Shown: positions 36,846 to 50,032 of the stretch, one piece after another
Layout: every line of letters begins with the position of its first letter
Numbering within the stretch: the first letter of the stretch is position 1
DNA from: Raillietiella orientalis
Lineage: Eukaryota
Length of the DNA stretch: 64,000 nucleotides
Direction: 5' to 3'
Assembly (NCBI GenBank): GCA_036172245.1
Contig: JAYWIR010000001.1
Coordinates: 7,192,001-7,256,000 of the forward strand
The notes under the pieces: model-generated
The model's database searches: none
What the model saw: only the letters and a program-made list of their open reading frames with translations
What the model was told of the DNA's origin: nothing
Program-made: the position numbers and the translations under genes

Positions 36846-39800
36846 ATGAGTCTGGTGATGAAGTGGTGGTGGCGGCTGGCGGCACGCACCCTGCGAGGTG
36901 CGAAAGAGCAGGGAGCGCCGTGCGGCAGCATCCCAGCCGCGATGGGTGGGTCGCCGGCGAGGGGCAGGGTGTACGCTCCGCCTCCGCTCCCTCGCAGCTC
37001 CCTCATTCCGCTCCCCTTGTTCTTGCAGGACAGACGGAGGCCGCTTGAGCTGCTGCACGAGGCAGCGGTGTCCCGGCGGTCGTCCCCCATGGCCGAGCCC
37101 CTCGAAGCGGCGGCGACGAGGAAGGTCCGCTGGAGCAAGGAGGAGGTAGGTGGGGCGGGCTGCCCTCCCGTTTCCTCACCCGGGATTTCCCGCCGCCGCC
37201 CTCCTGGCGCGGGGGCTCCCTCGCGATCTCCCCACCCACTGCTTCTTCCTCCGCTGGATGAAGGACCCCGTCTGGACGTTCCTCCTTTCCGACCCTCCCG
37301 TGCCCGGCGATGGAGCATCCCCTGTCCGCGGTTCCAATGTCCGAGCGGGAGGTCACCCCGGGCGAAGGTGGTCACGCTGCCTGCTTTCCAGGACGAGTGC
37401 CTGAAGACCCTCGTGGAGAAGTGCGGCGAGGAGTGGAAGTCCATCTGCTCGCATTTCGTGGACAAGTCGGAGGTCCACTGCCAGCAGCGGTGGCAGAAGG
37501 TCGTGAACCCGGAGCTGGTCAAGGGTCCTTGGACCAAAGAGGTAAGACGGCCGCTTCCTTGCGCCTCTTTCGCGCCCCCTTCCCCACTCCCCCGGATCGA
37601 GCGGCGCGGTCTCCCCGGGACGCGGGGGAGGGAGCAGGGAAGGGAGGAGCATGACAAAGGGGCGGGGCGGGATGGCGCACGCTCTCCAGTGGACAGGAGG
37701 GGGGGGCGCTGTGAGGCGTGCCCGCCTATCTTTTCGCAGGATCTCCGCTTCCCATTGTGCGCCTGCGGCGGAGTCCGGGCCGTGAGAACTTCCTAGGGAC
37801 TTTTCCCGCGCGCCCGCCCTTTGTCCTACCTGTTCCTCCCGTCCGCCGTGGGAAAACTCCCTTCACTTGGTCGACGGAGCGTCCTTCCTCTTTTCATCCC
37901 GCGGGAGCCTTTCATTCCCCGGCGGAGGAGCCTTCGCTTCCCGAGCTCCTTCTGACCCCTCTCCTCCCTCCCTCCCTCCCCCACCCCTCCCTTCTTCCCT
38001 CCTTCCCTTTCCCTCCAACCGGGAGCCCAAGAGGAGAGACCTGCGCGTTCCGGGGATTTTCTCCCCGGGCTCGATTTTTCCTGGGAGCTCCCGTGTTCGC
38101 ACGCATCCCTCCGCGGCGTCGCCCCATTTTGCCGCGTTCCCTCCCTCTTCCTGCTCGCCCGTCGCCGCTGCGCCCCCTTGGAGGGTTCCCCCTTTTCCTT
38201 GTGCGCGCGCGCGCGCGTGTCAACCTCCCTCCATCCCTCTCCCCTTCTCGTTTCCGTCTCCAGGGCTGCGCCGAGCACCTGGAGGTTCCTGCCGAAGGCA
38301 CTCGCTCCGCCGCCTGGGGCGATTTGTGTGCGCGTTTTTTAAATTTCGTTCCCCCCCCTTCCTGTTTTTTTTTTTTTTATTTGCCTTCCTTTATTCCCGA
38401 GATCACCCGCGGGATCCTTTGTATGTCGCTCTCTCAGGAACGCCACACGGTACTGCTCCTGTTTTAGCTTTTTATTTTCCTCTTTTAGCTGCTCCTGGAC
38501 TTTGGAGATTTGTTCACGCTCACTGCCGGGCCGTCGATGCGGGTGGGGGTGGAAGCAAAGGGTAACAGGAAGCGCCGCTCGGGGGTGGAGGTGTGGATCG
38601 ACAAAGGAACCACGCAGGTCGACCACTTCGTCCTGTCCCCTTCCTTCCTCCTCTTTTCTATCGACTTCTTCTTATCTGTCATTTTGTTGTTGTTGTTATT
38701 GTGTCCTCTCTTGTGGGAGTTGGAAGAGAGGGAGCATCCCTCGTCCTTTTCCTTCGTCTCCGGCCATCCCGGTTCCCATGGAACCGCCGACGGGCTGCTC
38801 CCGCCACTGCGGGAAAACCACCCTTCTCTCCTCGCTGTCCCCATCGCGCGCGCGTGCCGGGCGTTCCTTGCCGTCAGCGGCGGTCCCCCAATTTTCGCCC
38901 GAGGGGACCGCGCTCTTCCCTCAGCTGCCTCCCAGTGCATTTCGCCCGAAGCGGTTCCTCCCTTCGGAAGCTTCCGTTTTGTGTGGGTTCTCCGGTTGCC
39001 CCCTGGAGGCGGTCGTGATGGCGGGAATTTGCACGCACCGTTTTGTTTGCCTGCGGCAGCTCCCGTGTCGGCTGGTGCGCACGCGTTCCTCGTGCGGCCC
39101 GGGGCTACTGAGGACGAAAAGAACGGAGGGAGGAGGAGCACCTGCGCCTCCTATTCTCCAAGGCGTCGTCGTGCCTGCCACCCATCCCTGCTGAGCACGG
39201 GAGAAGCGTCGCCTTAATACTTATTACAGGCGGCTGCGGCAGTATCGCCGTGGAGGATTCTCGAGGGCACACGGAGAAGAGGGGAGGGAGGGGGGCAGCG
39301 TGTCATTTGGTCTTCCGTGCTTCCACCTTGTTCTCATTCGAGTGAGAAAGGAGGGACAGAAGAGCCATCCTTTCGCCAGGGACAGCGCGTCTGTGCTTCT
39401 CCTTTCCTAATGTCCTCCACTAGCAGTTGCAGCAGGCACCTCTTCCTTTCCTGCTGCCTCCTCTCCCTTTTCCTAGAGAACGGTCATTTCCGGCAGCATT
39501 TGCCCGGATCGGAATTGGCGGGTTTCGCAGCGAGCGGAGTCTTAAGACGCCTCCCCTCAGTCGCTCACCCCATCATTGCAGCTCCGTGATCCTTTGTAGG
39601 TTCCTCTGGTAGAAGAGTAGTGGAGGAGGAAGGGGAGGTTGGCCAGACGGCTCGATTGAAGGGGGGGGGGGGGTTCGTTTTTTCTTTTTTTGACTTGCGA
39701 GCCCGCTGGCTCACCTCTCGCGGCGTTCGTTCCGGATGTTTAGTCCCATTGTTGCCGTCACTTCCGGCGATTCCTCCCTTCCGTCGCAGCCTGCGTCGCT

Positions 39801-42259
39801 TGCGCGCGCGCACCTCGGAAGGATAGGGTTCGGGGAGGTGGAAGGATTCGCCGGGCGGCGACACTCTGCTTTCCGTCTTCGATTCGGGTGGAACGAGCCG
39901 CGTACGTCACTTCCGAGCGAGGAGGAAGCAACGATTACCTCCACCTCCCATCAGATGTCAACCTTCTCCACGTTACAGCAACGTTACCTCCCCTCACCAA
40001 TGTCCACCTCCCACCCCACCCCCGCTTGCCCTTTGATCGTCCTGCCAAGCTGTCCTGTTCGTGGGGGGCGTTCGGTCACACCGCGGGAAACCCTCGATCT
40101 CCTCGCACTTGCCCCTATCCCACACAGCGAGTAAAGCGAGGAAGTGCCCCTTGGTCATCGCGCAACCTTGCGGCTGTTTCCGTCTGCCCATTTCGCAGAA
40201 GACATCCCAGTGCCCGCTTGGCAGCAGCTGTGTCTCATCGGCGAACTTTCTCCTCCCGCTTTCCTCTTGGAAACATGGAAGGCGGGTGCGCTCGCGCTCG
40301 CATGCACGGAGGGCGCCACCTCCGAAGACGGGAAAGCGATTGGGAAGGGAGAGTGAAAAAATGCCTAGAATCGCCCGCATCCTGCGTCCTTCCTCCTTTT
40401 CTGATCTCACCGCTTTTTTTTCCGTTTTTCCTTCGCCGCCGACTTTTTCGAGGTTTTCCCTCCTTTCCATTCCAGGAAGATGAGAAGGTGGTGCAGTTGG
40501 TGAAGAAGTATGGGCCAAAGAAATGGACGCTCATCGCCAAGCATCTGAAGGGCCGCATCGGCAAGCAGTGCCGGGAACGCTGGCACAACCACTTGAACCC
40601 GGAGATCCGCAAGACGGCCTGGACGGAGGAGGAGGATAGCGTCATCTACCAGGCCCACGTGAAGTGGGGCAACCAGTGGTCCAAGATATCCAAGCTCCTG
40701 CCAGGGAGGTGAGAAGGGGGCTGCTGGCCGGGCGAGTGACTTCAGCCTGCCGTGTTCTCTCCTTTCCTCCCAGGACCGACAACGCCATCAAGAACCACTG
40801 GAACTCAACGATGCGCAGGAAGTACGAGAACGAGCACGGATTGGTTTGCATGCGCAAGAAACTGCGCAAGGTCAAGAGGACAGCTAAGGACGAGATGCCG
40901 GAGGACCCCTGCAGCCCCTCCGGAAGTCTCGGCAGTTACGGCGGCGCCTCCACCGCCACTGCGGATTTTTTCGTGGACTCCCGTGCCGGTGTTGACGAAA
41001 TTTCTCGTACGTCCATGCCCTCCCTTGTGAAGATAAAAGGTGACCCCGTGAACGGCGGCGACCTTCTCTTCGCCGCCGCCGGCATCAACGGTTACGGACA
41101 TCAAGAAAAGTCCAAGTCCCCTTCCCTTGTCCACTCGACCACTTTCCAAGGAGGCGTGTACCCAAACCAGGTTGACCTTTTCCCCCTGAGGTCAAGCGAA
41201 GAATGTGTCCCTCCAACGTCCCGAGCCTCCCCCCCTCCATTTTTTTCCTCCCCCTTTTGCAGCAGCTACGGACTGAGCGAGAAGCAACTGATGGATCCCA
41301 ACAGTCGATCCTCTTCGCTTCCTGACTGCGAGAACCATCCCACGATGAGAAAGACCCAGTTGTCCAGCCACCACCACTCGCAGCTCCTCGGGCAGCGGGA
41401 TTTCATGGATTTCAACCAGGTAGTGAGGGAAACCTTGGAATGCCGACCAGGACTGATTCCTTTTCCAGAACGAGCTCTCCGAACTTTTCCTTTCCGGGAG
41501 CGGGGGGGATTCCTCTGGCCTACCCAGCAGTCCCATGAGCACCCCCATAAAACACCTACCCTTCAGTCCGTCCCAGTTCTTAAACCATGCGCTCAACAAC
41601 ATCACCAACACTCCCGTCCGCCACCTGGAGATGGGCGCCGACAGCGGCGGCAACACAACTCCGGAGCCACGGACACCCAAATTCAACGGCATCGCTGACT
41701 GCGACATGCGGACCCCGACGCCGTTCAAGAACGCGCTGGCCGAGATTGAGAAGATCAGCGGACCCCTTTCCAGGAAGGTGAGCGCGCAGGAAAAACCCTC
41801 CCGTGAGGGTTCATAAAGGGAAGACAGCTTCAGCAGTCTCCCACCTACGTAGAGGATCTCACCGAGATCATCAAGAAGGAGGAGGAAGACGGCTTCAGCG
41901 ACTCCATGATAGAGGGCCACGAAAAAGACAGCGACAGCTTTGTCGAGGGCGTCAAGCGCCTCCCCGGTTACGACAAGGAGAACACGCCCCTGTTCCCGCA
42001 CCAGAAGGTCCTCGTGAACAGCTGGAGCACGCCCGGGGAGATCGGATTCTCGGCAGAGTCCCTGATCGGCATGCCGGAGACCCCGAGCAAGTCTCTGGGA
42101 ATCGACAGCTCCGTGCTGTTCTCTCCTCCGTCCATACTTAGGGAGACCCTGCACGAGGAATACCCGGCGGACAAACTGGGAGGCGATTCCTCCTCCACAA
42201 AACTCAAGGTGAGTTCTTCTATCCTCCCCGCCCCAAGAGGGCGGGGCTGCAGGTAGTTC

Positions 42260-42298
<39 letters not shown>

Positions 42299-42591
42299 TG
42301 CATTTCTGTCTTTCCATTCCAGCCAAAGGCGACTCAGCTCTCGTGCTCCACCATGTCCTTTCCCTCCGGTAGGATCAGCGAGTGCTCTCAAAAGGTGAGT
42401 TGAAGAGGTCCTCCTGCACAGTGCCCCTCACCGACGTTTCTCCCTCCTTCTCCTCCCGATGTCTCTTCCCGCTCTCCTTGCAGCACTGGGAGACCGTGGC
42501 TTGCGGCAACACCCGCGACCAGATGGAGCTTACGGAGCAGGCGCGGAAGTGGCTTTCCTTCCGGAGCTACAGATCTCTGAGCTACGTGTGA
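36846..42591 (+). CDS. Myb: R1R2R3 Myb transcription factor (B-Myb/Dm-Myb-like); exons 36846-36854 (tentative), 37029-37145, 37392-37541, 40476-40708, 40774-41190, 41263-41419, 41469-41777, 41828-42208, 42323-42394, 42484-42591
   Basis: [98 protein letters not shown] and the C-terminal WETVACGNTRDQ. The first exon and some mid-gene junctions are less certain. Confidence 0.95.
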
Positions 42592-45500
42592 AGACGACCC
42601 CTTTTTCTTCGTCTTCTCATTCCGGGATGCTTCGATCCCCTCCAGGATACCCATCCCTCTCCCACCTCCCATGAACTCGCTCACGCGCCCTCCATAGGAA
42701 CACTTTATTTTTTGATACGGTTTTGAAGGGATCAGCTACGGGACCGGGCGCCCTGCCTGCCTGTTGCCTCTGACCCCCAGCATCAGCGGGTGCCTGGCCT
42801 GCTAGTCATGGCCCCCCGTAGTTCTGCGTACCTCATTTCTTAACCCAACCTTTCGCCTTCCGGCGACGGCGTTAATCAGTCAGTATTCGGAGAGCGAAGC
42901 AACATGCCTCCTCCTCCTCCTCCACTTTCCTGCGATGGCACGAAGGAAGGGCGTGCAGCGTGTGGATCCACTCGTGCACTTTCTGAAGAGGATGGTGACG
43001 GTGCGCATCCCCCAGCGATGCGACTGCCGCTCGGACGCCAGACGGGGGATGAACGATGAGAGGAGGATGCGTGCTGTGCGTGTGTGGGCGCACACACCTC
43101 GTACACACGCCCGGCAAGCACGCGCTCGCGTCTGCTTCGCGCGCGCAGCTCGTGGTTCGAAACAATGCGCCGCCTCCTTCGTGAACCGGCAGCCTCAGGT
43201 GCCTCAGATGGCTGTACCGGAAGCAGTAGCAGGGCAACAGTATTACTAGTGCTTGCCAATGGGAGCTGCTTGTACATATATATATATTTTTTTTTTTTTT
43301 TTACTTGTAGTTTTGGCTTTGATGTATGAAACACTAAACTGGTGACTGCTCGCAACAGGCTTATAACGAGATCAATAAATATATCGATTTTTTCTACAAA
43401 GATTGCGTCTGCGACGTGCGTTGTTCAGGGTTCGAGGGATGGACCGTTGCCGAAACGTAAACGTGCCTGCGGGTACTGGTGCGTGCACTTCCCACGTTGC
43501 CGTTGCTCCGGTGACGGTCACTCGTCGCCGGCGGGTCGGGTGAAGAGGGGCAGGGAGGAGAGCGGCACTTTCGGATGCCACATCGCCATCAACTCGGCTG
43601 TGCGGTTTCAGAGTCCCCCGGTACTTTTCGGTATGTCGTCGTGGGAACGAGCACCCAGCCGCTGGCCACCTGGTGGTGCTGGTGGATCTCCGGTGAGATC
43701 ACGGCTCACGGGACCAGCTCCACGAAGCTCTACTGCTGTTAGGGGTTCGCGTGGGTTCTTCGACGCCGGGTATCCCCTCCCCCCACCCCTTATTTTTTCT
43801 CAGCAGCACTTGCTAGAGGAGCGGGGAAGGTGCCATTCGAGGGCGCCTCGGTTCGTCGTCGTCCGACGACCACTCCGATGGCTACTGCAGACGGCGCGTG
43901 TCGCCGCTTCGTCTTGGGACCTCGGCAGGTGCGAATGACGGTCTTCCCTTCGGGGAAGAGAGAGGCGGCGTCCTCGTCACCTCGACAACGCTGCTGCTTT
44001 CCTTTTTTTTTCAGTGGCTTTCGTCAGCTGGCGGCTCTGCTCGATCCCCCTTCCCAGCCTCCTCCGCCAAGCCTCCACTGCTCTTGTGGAGTTCTCTCGA
44101 GGGTCCGGCGAGGTTCCCCTGCGTCGAGTGGGCAGGTGTGTAAAGTGCTCCTGCTCCACAGCACGGCACGATGGGCATGGGTCCACAGGATGGGCTCCAG
44201 AACAGCCACGTCCTGGAGTGGGGTCCAGAAGATGCCGAGACGATCCTGGAGAGGCATCCCGTGCGCGCGCTACGCTGAGATCACTTGTCCCGGGAGCTTT
44301 GGGGTAAACCTGACCCTTTTCTCCTCCGTGTGCCGTCTCGCGCGCTTCCTAGGCTCACGTGAAGCGAACCGGCAAAACCTTCGGAGAATCCTAGCTGAGC
44401 CGGCTGTCCCAGTGGTGGAAGTGTGGGTTTGGCACTCCTGAACTCTGCTCTCCACGCTGTTGCCGGCACTAAGGTCCCGGCCGCGCGTTTCGGGGTGCAG
44501 TATTCAGGCTCGGCTTCGGGAAGTCATCTTTTCGGCGTGTCGCTGCTTCGTCTTGGGACAGGAGCGCGCGAAATGGGTCGATAACGAGGTGAGGTGGGGG
44601 AGTATTCCTAATGAATGGAAAAATAGATATATATATGGGAGAACTGAATGAATGGTGCTTCTCCCTTCTCCCCATTCTTCTCCCTTGTTACTTCGGTCGT
44701 CAATTAGTGTAACCAGATGAGGTCCAATTGATAATGAGCAGCTGGCAGCGGATGCTGATCTGAAAGAGAATCGCAGGGTCAGGGACGTGGAGGCCCTGGT
44801 TTTCGCGCGCTCTGCGAGAACGGCGATCTGCCAGCGGAGACCTGCGCGTGCGCGGGGAAGCAGCCCGCTTTGAAGAACGGGAGTCGCTGTTCGAGAGGCC
44901 TGCGATGGTGGGACCGGGATGGAATTTGAGTCACCCAGAGACGGAGACAAAGATTAGCGATAAGACTGAATTCATTCATGTGGTACAAAAGGGACACCCT
45001 TTGCTTGTACCACATGAATGACTTGGGCTTGATGATAGGGGAAGAAGAACAAAAAGAGTGTCTTGGCAACTCTGACTCGTTACGTGCACGGGAAAGAGAA
45101 TTCCACTCGACGACTGCTTCGCGAAACTGTAACGGAGAGCAAATGCCAGCCGTGCCCTCGTGCCAGCGTACCGTGCTCTGGCGGACAGGGTGGGTATGCG
45201 ACCTTTATGCTTTCGCCGAAGATCCCGTTCTGGGGAATCGTGTTCTGGAAACACACATCCTAATTCAAACTCGTCTACGATGGTTGCGATGTTTGTTGCA
45301 CTCTTTCGAACAGGAATGGTCGAAATCGGAAACGGACGTGTGTACGGGTTTCGTACGGAGCAGCCTCTTCGCATCCATCTTTCCACGATGGGGAGAACGG
45401 GACTGTTCGTGGAGGGAGACTGCAAAGTGAGTCTTGTGGAGCTGCAACTCTTGGCTGCAGTTTTTTGGCGCCTCTCTCTTTCAGCCTACCTTGCAAAGTT

Positions 45501-47325
45501 CAGACGATTTGGACGCCATGAGAATGGATGTTACAAACCTGCATCATCATCTGCGGCGCTGATTTATTGCAACTGTTTGCGATCCAATTGTATCGTTTTG
45601 AGGAATGGGAGGGGTGTCGCGTCACAATCTGTTCCCGCTTATCGGCAAACTTCCTTTCAGATAATTTGCTACATCAAGAATAATCAGATGAATAGAGAGT
45701 CAAATCAAGTATAAAGGAGACTAATTTATCTCTCCAGTGCTTGATCAATGACTGCGCAGTTACCGGACTATAGGAAAAGACAGTGTTGCTGGAAGAAGAG
45801 AGAGAGGGAGAGAGAAAAAAACTGATTTTATCGCCAACTCAATGAAGGGACCATGCATGATGTCTTAGCCAAATAGGGAGAGCGCTTTTTTAGGAAATGC
45901 CCGCAGCATTATTAAATAATGAGTAAGATGTAGATTTCATCTTTTGTCTTCTGAATAACAATCAGGAATATTCCGAATTCTATTTGCTTTTTCTTTCGCT
46001 ACATTGTTCAATCAGATGTCAGATACTTCATGTCATTCGCGACCATTCTCATCATAATGGGCAACCAGAAACTCCTTAACATTATATAAAACCATCGCCA
46101 AACCAGAAATGTGTTGCTTTCGGAAACTAAGATATATGCCAAAGGAAGAGCTGGAATTAAGTATTCAATAGTAATATGATTATAAGCATTTCTCAAAGAT
46201 TCTGGTTTGAGTAATAATGAAAATCCCCGATAGATTGTAGCTACTTTAGCCAACCTTAATGGCTAGTCTGCTATTTTCACTTCTGGGAAATAAAGGACAT
46301 CACCTAAGAAATGGTTTCTGCGTCTACCTTACAGATGCCGTTTTTAGCTTTTGAAAATATCGCGCAACTGTCCTATGATCTACTATTAAATACCTAAATG
46401 AGCAAAAATTTCCCATTTTATCAACCTTACCAATCATCAATCAGTTCGTTTTTAAACGCATTATTTTTAGTCGTACGCACTGCCATATTAAGCAAGCAAA
46501 GTGTTTGGTTGCACACAAAATCAAAATGAAATGCAACCATACAGTTTTTTCATGAGATAGTTCCCCAAAATACTTTTTCCAATTCTTAGCTGCTTCTAAT
46601 ATATCTCTTGAGTCAATCTCATTTGTCATACCTTCTGATATTCTGCTTAATCTATACTACGGTCTTCTACTTTCAAGTTAATGAAATTTTTCAGGACACC
46701 TAGTTTCTACTGAAAATCAAGAAGTGTTATAAAAATCATTCTTTGCAAAGCAAAAGAAAAAAAAACCTCTGGTACTAAGCTCAGGGGATTTTTAACATGC
46801 GGAATATTTTCACAAATCCATCTCGTGTTATTCAAGATATTAAATTGATTTCACTACGACTGTATCACTTAGCTTTATTTATTTTATTTCACTAAAGTCT
46901 TTAATCCCTGTTTTTCTTCTATCATTACAGTTTATCTGTTTGTTTTTTTATTTATCAAATACAGAAGAATAAAAAATTGTTGTGGCGATATTAACTGCAT
47001 CAGTTCTACTCAATGCGTTACTGAGTTTAAAACTGAGATTTTCTGAATAATAAATATAGTAGAAATAACCAGTGGATTGTGAATCACTGTAATTTAGAGC
47101 AACTGCAATAATTTTTTTTGATGCTTTTATGTTAATAGAAAACTAAAAGCTTTTTAACACTGAAAAAGTGATTTCGAAAATATTGAGATAATAAATTCAA
47201 AAATAAATACATAATTCTTATAATGTGATATTTCTTTTTATAAGCAACAATCATTAAGTTTGCAAGTAAGATTTGCTAAAGTGGTATTTCAAGATTTGCA
47301 ATCAGTATTATGGCAATCTTGTGAT

Positions 47326-47368
47326 CCTTACTTCCGGTTGCCGTGTTGGATGGTGCTGGTGCGTGTTG
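47326..47368 (+). promoter_or_regulatory. Putative non-coding first exon of RPL10 with a TCT/5'TOP-like pyrimidine start
   Basis: CCTTACTTCCGG is followed by a GC-richer 40 nt and the donor G|GTAAGG at 47369. A matching acceptor TTTTATAG ends at 49155, 32 nt before the ATG. Confidence 0.55.
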
Positions 47369-49187
47369 GTAAGGCTGTGGAACTCGAGTTTCAGAGTACC
47401 CTTTCTTTGTAGTCATATCTAAACTGAATATGATTTCAGAATGCACAGATATTTCACTTTAACATTTATCATCCGTTTGCAGAAATTTAGTTGGCAGTTT
47501 AATTTGTTTTGCACGTGTGCGGTCTTATTTGAGGTTTATTGAGACAAGCACTTCATTTCATATGAACTGAATTTTGAACATTATTCAGGGATAGAGTGGT
47601 TTCAGAATAGGTATATAATAAATTAGTTGAGTAAACTTATTTTAGTTACCGTAAGTTAGGTTGTAATTTTCGACGATTGCGAATAAGGGGAATATCCCGT
47701 TTGCGGTTCATCTTTGCAGGGATATGACCTATTTTATTTACTTATTCTTTATGGTTTCATAGATTAAATTTTTGTTTTTCATTTATTTCATTTGCTTTTT
47801 GTATGCGTGTGCTGAGAAAGTTCACTGTGTATATAATGCATTGTCTTGTAACGAGGTGTTGTGTGATTGTTACAAGTATACTTATTAATTTTTGAAATAA
47901 GTGATTGATTTCTACATATGTGATAGCCCAAGGAAGGCACGAATCTTTTGTCAACACTTTTGTGTTTGGGTTATTTCATTCAATGGTTAACCATATTTGC
48001 CATGGGTGAATGTTGCTAAAGAATGATACTTTATTTACTTTTTGTCAATTTGGGTTGAACTGAATCTTCGTGCCGGAATGGTTTCGTTATTTAATGTTGT
48101 CGCTTTAAGATGAAATCAGTTAATTATAAGTTTATAAGAATTTGCATGTTTCACAACAAAGTCCATGCAAAAATAGTCAATGTGATAGAAGAGTTCTTGG
48201 AAACAGCAGAATGTCAATTGGTTAAAATCCCACTTAAGGTCAAACATGCTGCTTTTGTCAGTTTCGCAGAAGTTGACTAGAATTTGTAACTAACGTTATG
48301 GAATTTTATGTTTTTTATCCTAAAGGTTGGGAGAGAAAAGTTTTTGGATATGGAAGACTTAAGAGTTACTTTCTCTCTTAGAAGTGGGCAGTTATTTTAG
48401 CCATCGCTTGTTGCTTTGTATATATTATGGTATTGTACTGATCAAACTAGTCGGATTTGGAATTTGGCTTTAAGAATAGTTATTATCTATCATATCAAAG
48501 ATTTTTATTGAGTGTTCTAGGTTATTTTTTCTTGTTTTCCTCCAAGAATTCACCTTAAAAATATTCAACAAGCAAAGTGCTTGCTTCAGAAAAGGAATCT
48601 GTTTAGCATAATGATAGTTTTTTTAAATACAGTTATTGTATTTACTTTGTTCAGAGGAATATTTTCATTTGTGATATTCTTTATGTAGTGAATCTTGTTC
48701 TCTGTAATATGAATTTGGGAAGTGTAGTTAATCTTGATCCGTAGAGTGGTCATGTTTGCACTTCAAACTTTCTAATACACTTTTGTGTAGCTTCAATTTA
48801 AATGTGAATTTATGGGGCTTATTTGGAATGAGTGCTGAGTTCTTTGTAGCTGAACATATTGATGTAAATATGTTGAAACAGCTTTTTTATTTTGGTTGTA
48901 ATTTTGTTGGAACTTTGGTGTTTGCTTTCCAAATGAATTTTGCAATGCATGATTTTTTTTCAAGTTACAGCTGGCAAATAATTTGTTTGATCATAGATTT
49001 GAATGTCCTTACAGCTAGTAGCTTATTAAATTTAAATAGAAAAATTTCTGACCTTTTTGCATTATAAAATTTTGTGTTCAAAAAAAAGTTGAATATAATG
49101 TACATTACATCACTTCTCACTGGTATTAAACAGTTTAATATCTTTTGTTTTATAGAAAGTTACGTTCAGTAATAAATTGTTTGAATC

Positions 49188-50032
49188 ATGGGGAGAAGAC
49201 CTGCAAGATGGTAATTTAGATATGAATGTTGGTTCAGTCATGTTATTTTTTATTTGAACAGCTATCGATATTGCAAGAATAAGCCATACCCAAAGTCAAG
49301 ATACTGCAGAGGTGTTCCAGATCCAAAGATACGTATTTTTGATCTAGGGAAAAAAAAGGCAGACGTTGAAGATTTTCCTTTGTGTGTTCATATGGTATCA
49401 GATGAATATGAACAGTTGTCTTCAGAAGCTTTGGAAGCAGCTAGAATATGTGCCAATAAGGTATGTTTTTTGTTGCATTTGCTAAACCTCATTTCTGCAC
49501 AGTATCTGGTCAAACACTGTGGTAAAGATCAGTTTCATGTTCGTATGCGGCTACATCCTTTCCATGTCATTCGCATTAATAAAATGTTGTCATGTGCTGG
49601 TGCTGACAGGTAATTCTGTAGGCACAGGTGCAATATGTGTAAACAACTGTTCAAACAGATTACAGACAGGGATGAGAGGGGCATTCGGCAAACCACAGGG
49701 AACTGTGGCCAGAGTGCGCATCGGCCAGATCATCATGAGTGTTCGTTCTTTGGATCGTCATAAGACTGCTGTTGTTGAAGCTCTTCGACGTGCCAAATTC
49801 AAGTTTCCTGGGCGTCAGCATGTGAGTTTGGGGTCTGGTTTCATCTGTAAAATGGCTGTAGGTGGTTGTTTCAAGAAAATGGGGATTTACTAAATGGGAG
49901 CGCACTGGATATACAATACTAAGAAATGAAGGAATATTGTTCAGTGATGGAGTTGGATGCAAATATCGTCCTAACCATGGACCTTTGGAGTCTTGGAAAA
50001 AAATGCAACTTTCCCTAGCTAAAGTCGCATAA
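49188..50032 (+). CDS. RPL10: 60S ribosomal protein L10 (uL16/QM); exons 49188-49210, 49262-49460, 49503-49609, 49659-49821, 49862-50032
   Basis: [37 protein letters not shown]...[26 protein letters not shown]...KWGFTKW; GT-AG introns of 51, 42, 49 and 40 nt. Confidence 0.98.

Noticed and set aside
36360-37796. 478-aa ORF as a single-exon protein
   Set aside because: It is Myb exons joined by stop-free GC-rich introns and flanks. Clear GT-AG sites interrupt the Myb repeat.
37718-40470. ORFs inside Myb intron 3
   Set aside because: Low-complexity translations of C/T-rich intron sequence with no recognisable family.
41192-42391. 399-aa minus-strand ORF
   Set aside because: It is the antisense shadow of high-GC3 Myb exons and includes a poly-K stretch from an intronic poly-T.
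44978-45714. ORFs ending near a GTGAGT donor (VEIGNGRVYGF, carboxylesterase-like?)
   Set aside because: The resemblance is limited to a few residues and no downstream family motifs follow.
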